IMG/VR virus record: IMGVR_UViG_3300021964_009400
Reading direction: 5' to 3' (one strand)
Length of the DNA stretch: 64,000 nt
Source: a virus
Taxonomy: Duplodnaviria > Caudoviricetes
Shown here in pieces: positions 56,445 through 64,000 of this stretch (positions within the stretch are counted from its first letter, which is position 1; each line of letters begins with the position of its first letter). A program made the position numbers and the translations under genes. The notes below the pieces were generated by a model. It made no database searches. It was not told the DNA's origin and was given only the letters and a program-made list of their open reading frames with translations.

Positions 56445-57440
56445 ATGAGTAAATTATTCCAAGAAAGAATCCCTTTCAAACCATTCGAATATCCAATCTA
56501 CTATACAGAAGGTTGGTTGAAACAGGCACAAGCATTTTGGCTCCATACTGAGATACCCATGCAAATGGATGTTAAAGATTGGAACGAAACACTTACACCT
56601 GCAGAAAAGAATTTGGTTGGAAATATCTTACTTGGATTTGCTCAAACCGAATGTGCAGTTTCTGATTATTGGACTAACATGGTAACCAAGTGGTTTCCTA
56701 AACATGAAATCAGACAGATGGCTATGATGTTTGGTTCACAAGAAACTATTCACGCTACAGCTTATTCATATCTAAATGAGACATTAGGATTAGAAGATTT
56801 CTCGGCATTTTTGCACGAACCTGCAACTGCTGAGAAATTTGAACTCCTAACTTCAACAACGGCTGATTGGACACATGAAGATTTACAAACCAACGAAAAG
56901 GCAAGACAAGAAGTTGGTAGAAGTTTAGCAATCTTTTCAGCATTCGCAGAAGGAGTTAGTTTATATTCTTCTTTTGCGGTACTTTACTCATTTCAAATGA
57001 GAAACAAACTTAAAGGTATTGGACAACAAATGAAGTGGAGTGTAAGAGATGAATCTCTACATTCTCGTATGGGTTGTCAATTGTTCAGACATATGTGTGA
57101 TGAATATCCAGAATTGTTAGAACAATGTAAAAATTCAATAGAAGAAGCATCTAAACTGATTATTGATTTAGAATGTAACTTTATTGATAAAATGTTCGAA
57201 ATGGGTGATTTAGAAAATCTTGAAAAAGATGATTTAAAAGAATTCATTAAAGATAGAACAAATCAAAAATTACAAGAATTAGGATACGAACCAATTCATG
57301 AATTCAATAAAAAGAAATCAGAAAAGTTAGAATGGTTCTATCATCTTACAGGTGGTCATACTCACACCGATTTCTTTGCTATTAGACCTACCGATTATTC
57401 TAAGGCAAATGAAGGTGAAGATTGGGATGACTTATTTTAA
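56445..57440 (+). CDS. nrdB: Ribonucleotide reductase class Ia beta subunit
   Basis: FWLHTE, ETIHATAY, FAEGVSLYSSF, WSVRDESLH, DFF tail. Confidence 0.95.
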   Translation: MSKLFQERIPFKPFEYPIYYTEGWLKQAQAFWLHTEIPMQMDVKDWNETLTPAEKNLVGNILLGFAQTECAVSDYWTNMVTKWFPKHEIRQMAMMFGSQETIHATAYSYLNETLGLEDFSAFLHEPATAEKFELLTSTTADWTHEDLQTNEKARQEVGRSLAIFSAFAEGVSLYSSFAVLYSFQMRNKLKGIGQQMKWSVRDESLHSRMGCQLFRHMCDEYPELLEQCKNSIEEASKLIIDLECNFIDKMFEMGDLENLEKDDLKEFIKDRTNQKLQELGYEPIHEFNKKKSEKLEWFYHLTGGHTHTDFFAIRPTDYSKANEGEDWDDLF

Positions 57441-57454
57441 ATAAATAATAGATT

Positions 57455-59239
57455 ATGGCAAGTAAAAACTATGGCGAAGAGCTAGGGTGGGAAATTGATG
57501 TTGATTTTCCATCATGGGGTAACACAGAGATATATGTAAAAACTATATCTAAAGGATATTTACTTCCTGGTGAAAAACCTAAAGATGCTTATTGGAGAGT
57601 TGCAACAAGAGTTGCTCAAAGATTAGGTAAACCTCAAATGGCAACTAAGTTCTTCGATTATATTTGGAAAGGTTGGTTGAATTTAGCAACACCAGTTCTT
57701 TCTAATACTGGTACTGATAGAGGATTACCTATATCTTGTTTTGGTATCGATGTTGCCGATTCGATTTATGATATTGGTAAAAAGAATTTAGAACTAATGT
57801 TACTTGCAAAACATGGAGGTGGAGTTGGTATTGGTGTGAACCAAATTAGACCAGCAGGAGCAACCATTACAGGCAATGGAACATCTGATGGTGTTGTACC
57901 ATTTTGTAAAATATATGATTCTACAATCCTTGCTACAAACCAAGGTTCAGTAAGAAGAGGTGCTGCTTCAGTTAACCTTAATATTGAACACAAAGACTTT
58001 GAAGAGTGGTTAGAAATTAGAGAACCTAAAGGAGATGTAAATAGACAATCACTAAATCTACACCAATGTGCAGTTGTAGGTGATAAGTTTATGAGAAAAC
58101 TCGAACAAGGTGAACCAGAAGCAAGAAGAAAGTGGGGAAAATTACTACAAAAAAGAAAAGCAACTGGTGAACCTTATATTATGTTTAAGGGCAATATAAA
58201 CAAACAAAACCCTCAAATGTATAAAAAGAATGGATTAAAAGTTCATATGACAAATATTTGTTCTGAAATTACATTACATACAGATGAGAACCATTCATTT
58301 GTTTGTTGTTTATCTTCAATCAACTTAGCAAAATATAATGAGTGGAGAGATACTGATTTAATTTATACTGCAACTTGGTTCTTAGATGGTGTATTATCCG
58401 AATTTATTCAGAAAGCAAAAAACATGAGAGGATTCGAAAATTCAGTTGCATCTGCTGAAAAGGGTAGAGCATTAGGATTAGGAGTTTTAGGTTGGCATAC
58501 TTACTTACAACAAAGAGGTATTCCATTTGAAGGAATGGAAGCACAATTCGAAACTCGTAAAATCTTTTCACAAATTAAAATCGAATCAGATAGAGCTTCA
58601 AGAGATTTAGCAACAGAATATGGTGAACCTCTTTGGTGTAGAGAAAGTGGATTTAGAAATACTCACCTTAGAGCAGTTGCTCCAACAGTTAGTAACTCTA
58701 AATTAGCTGGAAATGTATCTGCTGGTATCGAACCTTGGGCGGCGAATATATTCACCGAACAAACTGCAAAGGGAACTTTTATTAGAAAGAATACAGAGTT
58801 GGTAAAGATATTGAGAAAAGCAGGTATCAATAATAAAGAAACTTGGGATAAGATTTTAGAAGATGGAGGTTCAGTACAAGATATCAAAGAATTAGATAAG
58901 TGGTGTTACTTAGATGGTAAAATAGTTCTTTGTAAAGATATCACTAATGGTGATAGAGAAAAAATCTACCCTGTCAAGGATGTGTTCAGAACATTCAAAG
59001 AAATAAATCAAATGGACTTGGTTAAACAAGCTGGTGTTAGACAACAGTACATTGACCAAGGAGTTTCATTAAATCTTGCATTCCCTTCGATTGCAACACC
59101 GAAGTGGATTAATCAAGTTACATTAGAGGCTTGGAAACAAGGAATTAAAACTCTATATTATATGAGAACTGAATCAGTTCTTAGAGGAGATATCGCAACA
59201 AGAGCGGTAGACCCTGATTGTGTTGCGTGTGATGGTTAA
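57455..59239 (+). CDS. nrdA: Ribonucleotide reductase class Ia alpha subunit (no ATP cone)
   Basis: PISCFG, QGSVRRGA, TNICSEI, VAPTVSNS, DQGVSLN, TLYYMR, C-terminal CVAC. Confidence 0.95.
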   Translation: MASKNYGEELGWEIDVDFPSWGNTEIYVKTISKGYLLPGEKPKDAYWRVATRVAQRLGKPQMATKFFDYIWKGWLNLATPVLSNTGTDRGLPISCFGIDVADSIYDIGKKNLELMLLAKHGGGVGIGVNQIRPAGATITGNGTSDGVVPFCKIYDSTILATNQGSVRRGAASVNLNIEHKDFEEWLEIREPKGDVNRQSLNLHQCAVVGDKFMRKLEQGEPEARRKWGKLLQKRKATGEPYIMFKGNINKQNPQMYKKNGLKVHMTNICSEITLHTDENHSFVCCLSSINLAKYNEWRDTDLIYTATWFLDGVLSEFIQKAKNMRGFENSVASAEKGRALGLGVLGWHTYLQQRGIPFEGMEAQFETRKIFSQIKIESDRASRDLATEYGEPLWCRESGFRNTHLRAVAPTVSNSKLAGNVSAGIEPWAANIFTEQTAKGTFIRKNTELVKILRKAGINNKETWDKILEDGGSVQDIKELDKWCYLDGKIVLCKDITNGDREKIYPVKDVFRTFKEINQMDLVKQAGVRQQYIDQGVSLNLAFPSIATPKWINQVTLEAWKQGIKTLYYMRTESVLRGDIATRAVDPDCVACDG

Positions 59240-59258
59240 TTAAATTTAGGAGAAAAAA

Positions 59259-59522
59259 ATGATAACAGTAAAAAAATTCTACGCAGATTGGTGTGGTCCA
59301 TGTAAAATGTTAACACCAATTATGGAACAAGTTAAAGGAAAGTTTTCAACAATCAATTTTGAAGATATTGATATTGATTCACAATTTGAAGTTGCACAAA
59401 AGTATTATGTAAGGTCAGTTCCTACGGTAATTATCGAAAAAAATGGTGAAGAAATTCAAAGATTCGCAGGATTACAATCAGAATTGGCATACACAAATGC
59501 ATTAAATGAAATCAACTCGTAA
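59259..59522 (+). CDS. trxA: Thioredoxin
   Basis: FYADWCGPCKML, VRSVPT. Confidence 0.95.
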   Translation: MITVKKFYADWCGPCKMLTPIMEQVKGKFSTINFEDIDIDSQFEVAQKYYVRSVPTVIIEKNGEEIQRFAGLQSELAYTNALNEINS

Positions 59523-59694
59523 TATTCTTAGAGGAGAATCGCATCCAAGAGCAAAACTAAACAATCAACAAGTATATCAAATACGAGATTTATACGAAAA
59601 AGGATTTAGTTCTAATATAATTGCAAGGAATTTTCATATAAGTCCTTGGAATGTAGAAGAAATTGGTAAAAGAAAAACTTGGAAACACTTGTAA
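59506..59694 (+). CDS. Stand-alone HNH-endonuclease-type C-terminal HTH domain
   Basis: GESHPRAKLNNQQVYQIR..IARNFHIS..KRKTWKHL. Confidence 0.7.
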   Translation: MKSTRNILRGESHPRAKLNNQQVYQIRDLYEKGFSSNIIARNFHISPWNVEEIGKRKTWKHL

Positions 59695-59719
59695 AATTCA
59701 AATATTTTTCGTATATTTG
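59688..59719 (+). promoter_or_regulatory. Bacteroidota sigma70-type promoter heading the modification operon
   Basis: CTTG (59688)-N20-TATATTTG (59712). Confidence 0.75.
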
Positions 59720-59741
59720 TATAAACTTAAATTAATAATAT

Positions 59742-59978
59742 ATGGCAGGAATAAAATTTATCCACACAGATGATAAAGAAGTAGTAATAAAAGGGACTCC
59801 AAATGTTCCAATTAACAAAAGTAAAAAACTTAATAGTATAGATGGTTCAGAAAGTTTATTTTATATTGAAACTGAAACGGCATTTAAAATGAAATTAGAT
59901 TCAAAAGTAGATTTTTCTAAAAAACATCCACAAGATGATAACTTTTCGTTAATTACGATTCCAATTAACAGAATTTAA
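59742..59978 (+). CDS. Hypothetical protein, first gene of the modification operon
   Basis: 78 aa directly after the promoter and 1 nt before the TS-like gene. Confidence 0.7.
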   Translation: MAGIKFIHTDDKEVVIKGTPNVPINKSKKLNSIDGSESLFYIETETAFKMKLDSKVDFSKKHPQDDNFSLITIPINRI

Positions 59979-59979
59979 T

Positions 59980-60678
59980 ATGACGGTTATAGAAGCAACC
60001 TCTCCAGGTGATGCTTGGGTAAAAGTATCGAAGCATTTATTAGAAAATGGAGTAAAGGTAGGAAATCTTACAGAAGAACTCAATGTAGTTACTGAAATTA
60101 CAGAATTCAAATCAGATGATTGGTTTGATGGTCACTTCAGAGAAATAATGGGTGATGATAGAATTGATTTTGCTAAGACAGTAACCTTTCTTAAACCAGA
60201 ACAAAAGAAATCAGATAATCCATTTTTTGAAGCAGAAAAAGGATTGGATTATAAATTCATTAAAGACCATTATCATCAATCTTATTGGGGTAGAATGGTT
60301 AGTTGGAGAGGTGAATTCAATCAAGTTGAAAATGTAATTAAGATTTTAAGTAGAGGACAAGCAGTAAAAAGATGTGAACTTATTATCTTTGACCCTACTA
60401 AAGATGCAAGGAACCCTTATTCTCAACCTTGTATGTGTATGATTGATTTAAAACCAAGAAATGGTAAATTATATCTCACATCAATACTTCGTTCAAACAG
60501 AGTATCGAAATCAGGTTATGCAGATTATACTGCATTAACAGAAATGGGACATTTCCTTGCTGAACAAAGTGGATTAGAATTAGGAAAAGTAACTACACTT
60601 GCTTGTTCATGTCACATCGGTGATATGGATAATGAAAAAAAGAAAACAATTAAATTGTTAGAAGTATTAGGTAAATGA
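59980..60678 (+). CDS. Thymidylate synthase superfamily enzyme with a dCMP-hydroxymethylase-like signature
   Basis: Catalytic QPCMC; KLYLTSILRSNRVSKSGYADY aligns to RSxD...N/D; CSCHI. Confidence 0.75.
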   Translation: MTVIEATSPGDAWVKVSKHLLENGVKVGNLTEELNVVTEITEFKSDDWFDGHFREIMGDDRIDFAKTVTFLKPEQKKSDNPFFEAEKGLDYKFIKDHYHQSYWGRMVSWRGEFNQVENVIKILSRGQAVKRCELIIFDPTKDARNPYSQPCMCMIDLKPRNGKLYLTSILRSNRVSKSGYADYTALTEMGHFLAEQSGLELGKVTTLACSCHIGDMDNEKKKTIKLLEVLGK

Positions 60679-61601
60679 AAGTACACAAATCATTTAAGTT
60701 TGAACCCAATCCAAAATGGGCATGGGATTTCAAAAAACTTTTATTAAATAGATTATCAGAAATACCAGATGATTATTCATTATCATTTTCTGCTGGTATA
60801 GATTCATCTATGTTATTATATGGTTTGATGGAGTTAGGTAAGAAACCATCTCAGTTACTTACATTTCAAGTAGAGAATCACGATACAAATGATTTAATTT
60901 ATTCTCGTAAGATTGCAAAAGGATATGGTATTCCATTACAAATTGTAAACATACCTAAAATAAATAAAGAAAGTGCATCAAAAATAATAAAAGATGTTAT
61001 TGATAGAATTGGAATATCAAGAAAAATAGATATTCAATGTTGTTATGCATATTGGTATATGTTGCATTATATTTCGACTCAACATTTAGTTGCTGGATTA
61101 TATGAGGATGTTATATATGAAACGAATGCCAAATTAAGTATTAAATATAGAGATATGTTACGAGGTAATGTTACACGAGAAGAATTTGATAAACATTATA
61201 ATGACCATCGTAGAATGTGTTATGAAGATAAAAATTTTAATGGTAATGTTCATAATCATGTATCAATTAGAAAATACATAAATTCTTTTGGAGTTACTTT
61301 AGATACACCATTGCAGACAGAAAGTATTTACAAACATTTTCAGAATGTAAATTATGAACAAACTAATTTTAAATTTGAAGATGATAAAATAAAAGAAAAG
61401 AAAAAATGGTTTGTAACTGATGTATTATTTAAAGATGAATTTGAAAGATTTGGTAATGCAAAAAACAAATCTAACTTTCATACGAAAAAAGAAAAAGGAG
61501 ATATAAATACACTTCATTGTGAAATATTTGGAGTTGAAAAGAAACAACTTATATCTCATTACAATAAAATTAAAAACGAAGTGCAACACGAATGGTTCTA
61601 A
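60675..61601 (+). CDS. Asparagine-synthase-like PP-loop ATP pyrophosphatase (no glutaminase domain)
   Basis: SLSFSAGIDSSML (SGGxDSS-type), LLTFQV..DLIYSRKIAK..GIPLQIV. Confidence 0.7.
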   Translation: MKVHKSFKFEPNPKWAWDFKKLLLNRLSEIPDDYSLSFSAGIDSSMLLYGLMELGKKPSQLLTFQVENHDTNDLIYSRKIAKGYGIPLQIVNIPKINKESASKIIKDVIDRIGISRKIDIQCCYAYWYMLHYISTQHLVAGLYEDVIYETNAKLSIKYRDMLRGNVTREEFDKHYNDHRRMCYEDKNFNGNVHNHVSIRKYINSFGVTLDTPLQTESIYKHFQNVNYEQTNFKFEDDKIKEKKKWFVTDVLFKDEFERFGNAKNKSNFHTKKEKGDINTLHCEIFGVEKKQLISHYNKIKNEVQHEWF

Positions 61602-62437
61602 CTCCGATAGAAGAATACAAAATAAAAGGAAAGACAGTTCATGTCAAAAGAGATGATTTAGTTGGGGATGGTGTGAACTATCCACGATGGGCTAAGATTG
61701 AAGGTATTAGAAAGATTATAGAATCTGATTATATCGATAAATCAAAACCACTAACACATCTCTCAGTATATGGAAGTTGGACTGGTTGGACATTATCTAA
61801 GATGTGTAAAGAGTATGGTATTGAATTTATTTCATCTTATCCAAACTCTAAAACATATCCACCTCAGATATTAGAAATCATCAAAGGTAATGGTGCAACA
61901 TTGAATCCAATGAAACCAAATATGATGAAACTACTTGAAAATAAATTGGGTGGTATTGCAAAAAAGAATGGTTGGCAACAATTACCGTATGCTTTCAATC
62001 ACCCAGCATATATAAACTATATGCAAGATAGAATGAAACAAGTTTTGGAAAAAGAAGATTTTGACCATCTTGTTGTATCAATTGGAAGTGGTGTAACTGC
62101 ATCTGGTTTGATTAGAGAATTTTTACAATATAAAGATTGGAAAGATATTCTAAAAAATAAAAGACAAGTTCATACAGTTACAATGTCATCTCTTACATCT
62201 ACTCAAAAGATTTTAAATGAAAACAAAGCAGGTGATTTAAATAATATCCACATTTATAAATCAGAATATGATTTTGATGATTTTATGGATGAAGTTACAG
62301 ATTACCCATTTGATATGAATGAATTTTGGGAGCGTAAAATGTGGTGGTGGTTAGAAAATAACATAGAGAAATTAGATGGTAAGATTCTATTTTGGAATAT
62401 AGGTGGTTCTTATAGAAAATCATTAAACTTAAAATAA
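61592..62437 (+). CDS. PLP-dependent fold-type-II enzyme (ACC deaminase / D-cysteine desulfhydrase / TrpB family)
   Basis: VHVKRDDL..AKIEG (Schiff-base Lys region), DHLVVSIGSGVTASGL phosphate loop, LFWNIGG. Confidence 0.8.
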   Translation: MVLTPIEEYKIKGKTVHVKRDDLVGDGVNYPRWAKIEGIRKIIESDYIDKSKPLTHLSVYGSWTGWTLSKMCKEYGIEFISSYPNSKTYPPQILEIIKGNGATLNPMKPNMMKLLENKLGGIAKKNGWQQLPYAFNHPAYINYMQDRMKQVLEKEDFDHLVVSIGSGVTASGLIREFLQYKDWKDILKNKRQVHTVTMSSLTSTQKILNENKAGDLNNIHIYKSEYDFDDFMDEVTDYPFDMNEFWERKMWWWLENNIEKLDGKILFWNIGGSYRKSLNLK

Positions 62438-63684
62438 TGCACGGAGGAGAAGATTACTTTGAACAATTTTATGGAATGAAACCTTATTTAGAAATAAATG
62501 AGGAAGAATGGCAAAACATAAAAGATATGTACACCAAAGATGAAGTAAAGGAAAAACTTGCAGATTTATGCATGACATATCCTCTACCTTATCAGACAGA
62601 AAAATATACAGAAGATGATTGTAGAGCAGATTATTTTAAACTAAAAGGAATTCGTTGGAACGAATTATTGATAGAAGGAAAAGAATGGTTTCAAAGACAA
62701 TCACGAGAATCTAAATACCCACTAACTTATGAAGGTAAACCTCTTTTCTTTAAAAGATACAATGTAGGAAATCTTTCAAGTAATTGGTGGCAAGAAAAAA
62801 ATAGATGGTCAATATGTTCGAGTGGTTATCCAGGTCCAGCAAGGACATGGAGAACAAGAGCATTTATGGTTACTTTAATGGGTGCTGCATATAGTTTGAA
62901 GTTAGATAAAATTGGAAAGAAAGAATTAAGATTAATGATTTCACTTCGTAAATATATTGCATCTCAACACAAACCAAATGTCACTAAATGTTTAACAGAA
63001 TTTTTTGGTTCTGAGACCATGTTAGATTTTTCCGCTGGTTGGGGAGACCGTTTATCGGGTGCTTGTGCTAGTTCAACTGTAAAACATTATGTTGGAATAG
63101 ACCCTCGTAAAGAAAATCATCCTATTTATGAACAACAAAGAGATTTTTATCAAAAACACACTTCTTTCTTTGAAAATCCAACAAAGGTAGATTTACATCA
63201 ATCACCAGCAGAAGATTTTAATTATTGGGAATACCAAGATTATTTTGATTTGGTTTTCACTTCTCCTCCTTATTTTAATGTGGAACGATATGGTGAAGAT
63301 GATACTCAAAGTTGGATAAGATATAAATCAATCCAAGCATGGAATGAATATTTTCTTCACAAAGCATTAGAAAAAATTATACCAACACTTAAAAAAGGTG
63401 GTAAGATAGCAATCAATATTGCAGATGTATATACAAGTGGAGGTGGTGGTGGAAAAGATTGGAAAGAAATAACACAACCAATGTGTGAGTTTTTAGAATC
63501 TAAAGGATTAACATATAAAGGATGTATCGGTATGGAAATGGCAAAAAGACCAAATAGTGGTGGGGCAGGTACTGTAAAAGCATCAGAACACAATGAAAAA
63601 CAATATAAAGAAGAAACCTTGAAAAGTTCAGAAGAAAATCAAGATAAAACTTTTTGTGAACCAATTTGGATATTTGAAAAATGA
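62437..63684 (+). CDS. SAM-dependent DNA amino-methyltransferase (SPPY; N4-C or N6-A)
   Basis: MLDFSAGWGDRL, YVGIDP, FDLVFTSPPYFNVERY, LKKGGKIAINI. Confidence 0.85.
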   Translation: MHGGEDYFEQFYGMKPYLEINEEEWQNIKDMYTKDEVKEKLADLCMTYPLPYQTEKYTEDDCRADYFKLKGIRWNELLIEGKEWFQRQSRESKYPLTYEGKPLFFKRYNVGNLSSNWWQEKNRWSICSSGYPGPARTWRTRAFMVTLMGAAYSLKLDKIGKKELRLMISLRKYIASQHKPNVTKCLTEFFGSETMLDFSAGWGDRLSGACASSTVKHYVGIDPRKENHPIYEQQRDFYQKHTSFFENPTKVDLHQSPAEDFNYWEYQDYFDLVFTSPPYFNVERYGEDDTQSWIRYKSIQAWNEYFLHKALEKIIPTLKKGGKIAINIADVYTSGGGGGKDWKEITQPMCEFLESKGLTYKGCIGMEMAKRPNSGGAGTVKASEHNEKQYKEETLKSSEENQDKTFCEPIWIFEK

Positions 63685-63857
63685 TAGAATTTTTTAGACA
63701 TATATTTGGATTATGTGGTGAACACTTTCACCCTAATATTTGGACTGCAATGGCAAGTTCACCTTTTATCGTAGCAACAATACATTATATTAAATGTAAA
63801 TGTGGTGGTTGGTTTACTCATAAAAAAGATTGTAAAAATTTGGATAATTCAAAATAA
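63681..63857 (+). CDS. Small Cys/His-rich protein, not in the supplied track (58 aa)
   Basis: MIEFFRHIFGLCGEHFHPNIWTAMASSPFIVATIHYIKCKCGGWFTHKKDCKNLDNSK; ATGA overlap with the MTase stop. Confidence 0.55.
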   Translation: MIEFFRHIFGLCGEHFHPNIWTAMASSPFIVATIHYIKCKCGGWFTHKKDCKNLDNSK

Positions 63858-63870
63858 TTTCGTATATTTG
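63839..63870 (+). promoter_or_regulatory. Bacteroidota sigma70-type promoter
   Basis: TTTG (63839)-N20-TATATTTG (63863). Confidence 0.8.
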
Positions 63871-63875
63871 TACTT

Positions 63876-64000
63876 ATGTATCAAAACATTTATTACCAGA
63901 GAGAAAAAAATCTAATCCACTTGTGGGATGACCAAAGAGGATATTCATCTTTTCCTTATACACGATATGCATACGAACCTGCTGAAAGAGGAGAATATAC
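63876..64000 (+). CDS. 5' end of a gene running off the window (possibly a family B DNA polymerase)
   Basis: MYQNIYYQREKNLIHLWDDQRGYSSFPYTRYAYEP..; the PolB assignment is recalled resemblance only. Confidence 0.4.
   Translation, partial: MYQNIYYQREKNLIHLWDDQRGYSSFPYTRYAYEPAERGEY

Noticed and set aside
52270-59239. Inteins or introns in uvsX, helicase, nrdA or nrdB
   Set aside because: Lengths are normal or short and the motifs are contiguous; the only Hint domain is in 21552..22868
1-64000. Stop-codon reassignment, as seen in some large Bacteroidota phages
   Set aside because: Long conserved genes are intact under the standard code, and TAA, TAG and TGA all serve as stops
1-64000. tRNA, rRNA or tmRNA genes
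   Set aside because: No cloverleaf or T-loop GTTCRA context was recognised in the short intergenic gaps; a tRNAscan run would be needed to exclude them fully

Overview
AT-rich 64 kb segment of a large contractile-tailed (T4-like architecture) dsDNA phage genome. All credible genes are on the + strand and read with the standard bacterial code. Five host-type promoters match the Bacteroidota sigma70 consensus (TTTG-N20-TAnnTTTG), and an Hc1-like small basic protein is present, so the host is probably Bacteroidota (inference). Layout: (1) 1-36 kb tail module: gp15-like tail completion protein, a 2040-aa cadherin-repeat protein, a family of Ser/Thr/Gly-rich mosaic fibre paralogs (two with peptidase-S74 chaperones), a GT-B glycosyltransferase, a Hint-domain/FN3 protein, sheath, tube, an assembly chaperone with a likely +1 frameshift, tape measure and baseplate genes. 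(2) 36-51 kb accessory region: a PhyH-like dioxygenase, small genes behind a four-copy promoter/hairpin cassette, a compact divergent family-A polymerase, a lipoprotein nuclease, orphan virion genes, DUF1599 and a helicase plus two-methyltransferase R-M-like cassette. (3) 51-64 kb replication and nucleotide metabolism: gp32 SSB, UvsX/RecA, 5'-3' exonuclease, DnaB-type helicase, NrdB, NrdA and thioredoxin. These are followed by a tightly coupled operon (thymidylate-synthase-like enzyme with a dCMP-type signature, asparagine-synthase-like PP-loop enzyme, PLP fold-II enzyme, SPPY amino-methyltransferase), which is the best candidate for an undescribed DNA base hypermodification pathway. Family assignments come from recognising motifs by eye; no database search was run.
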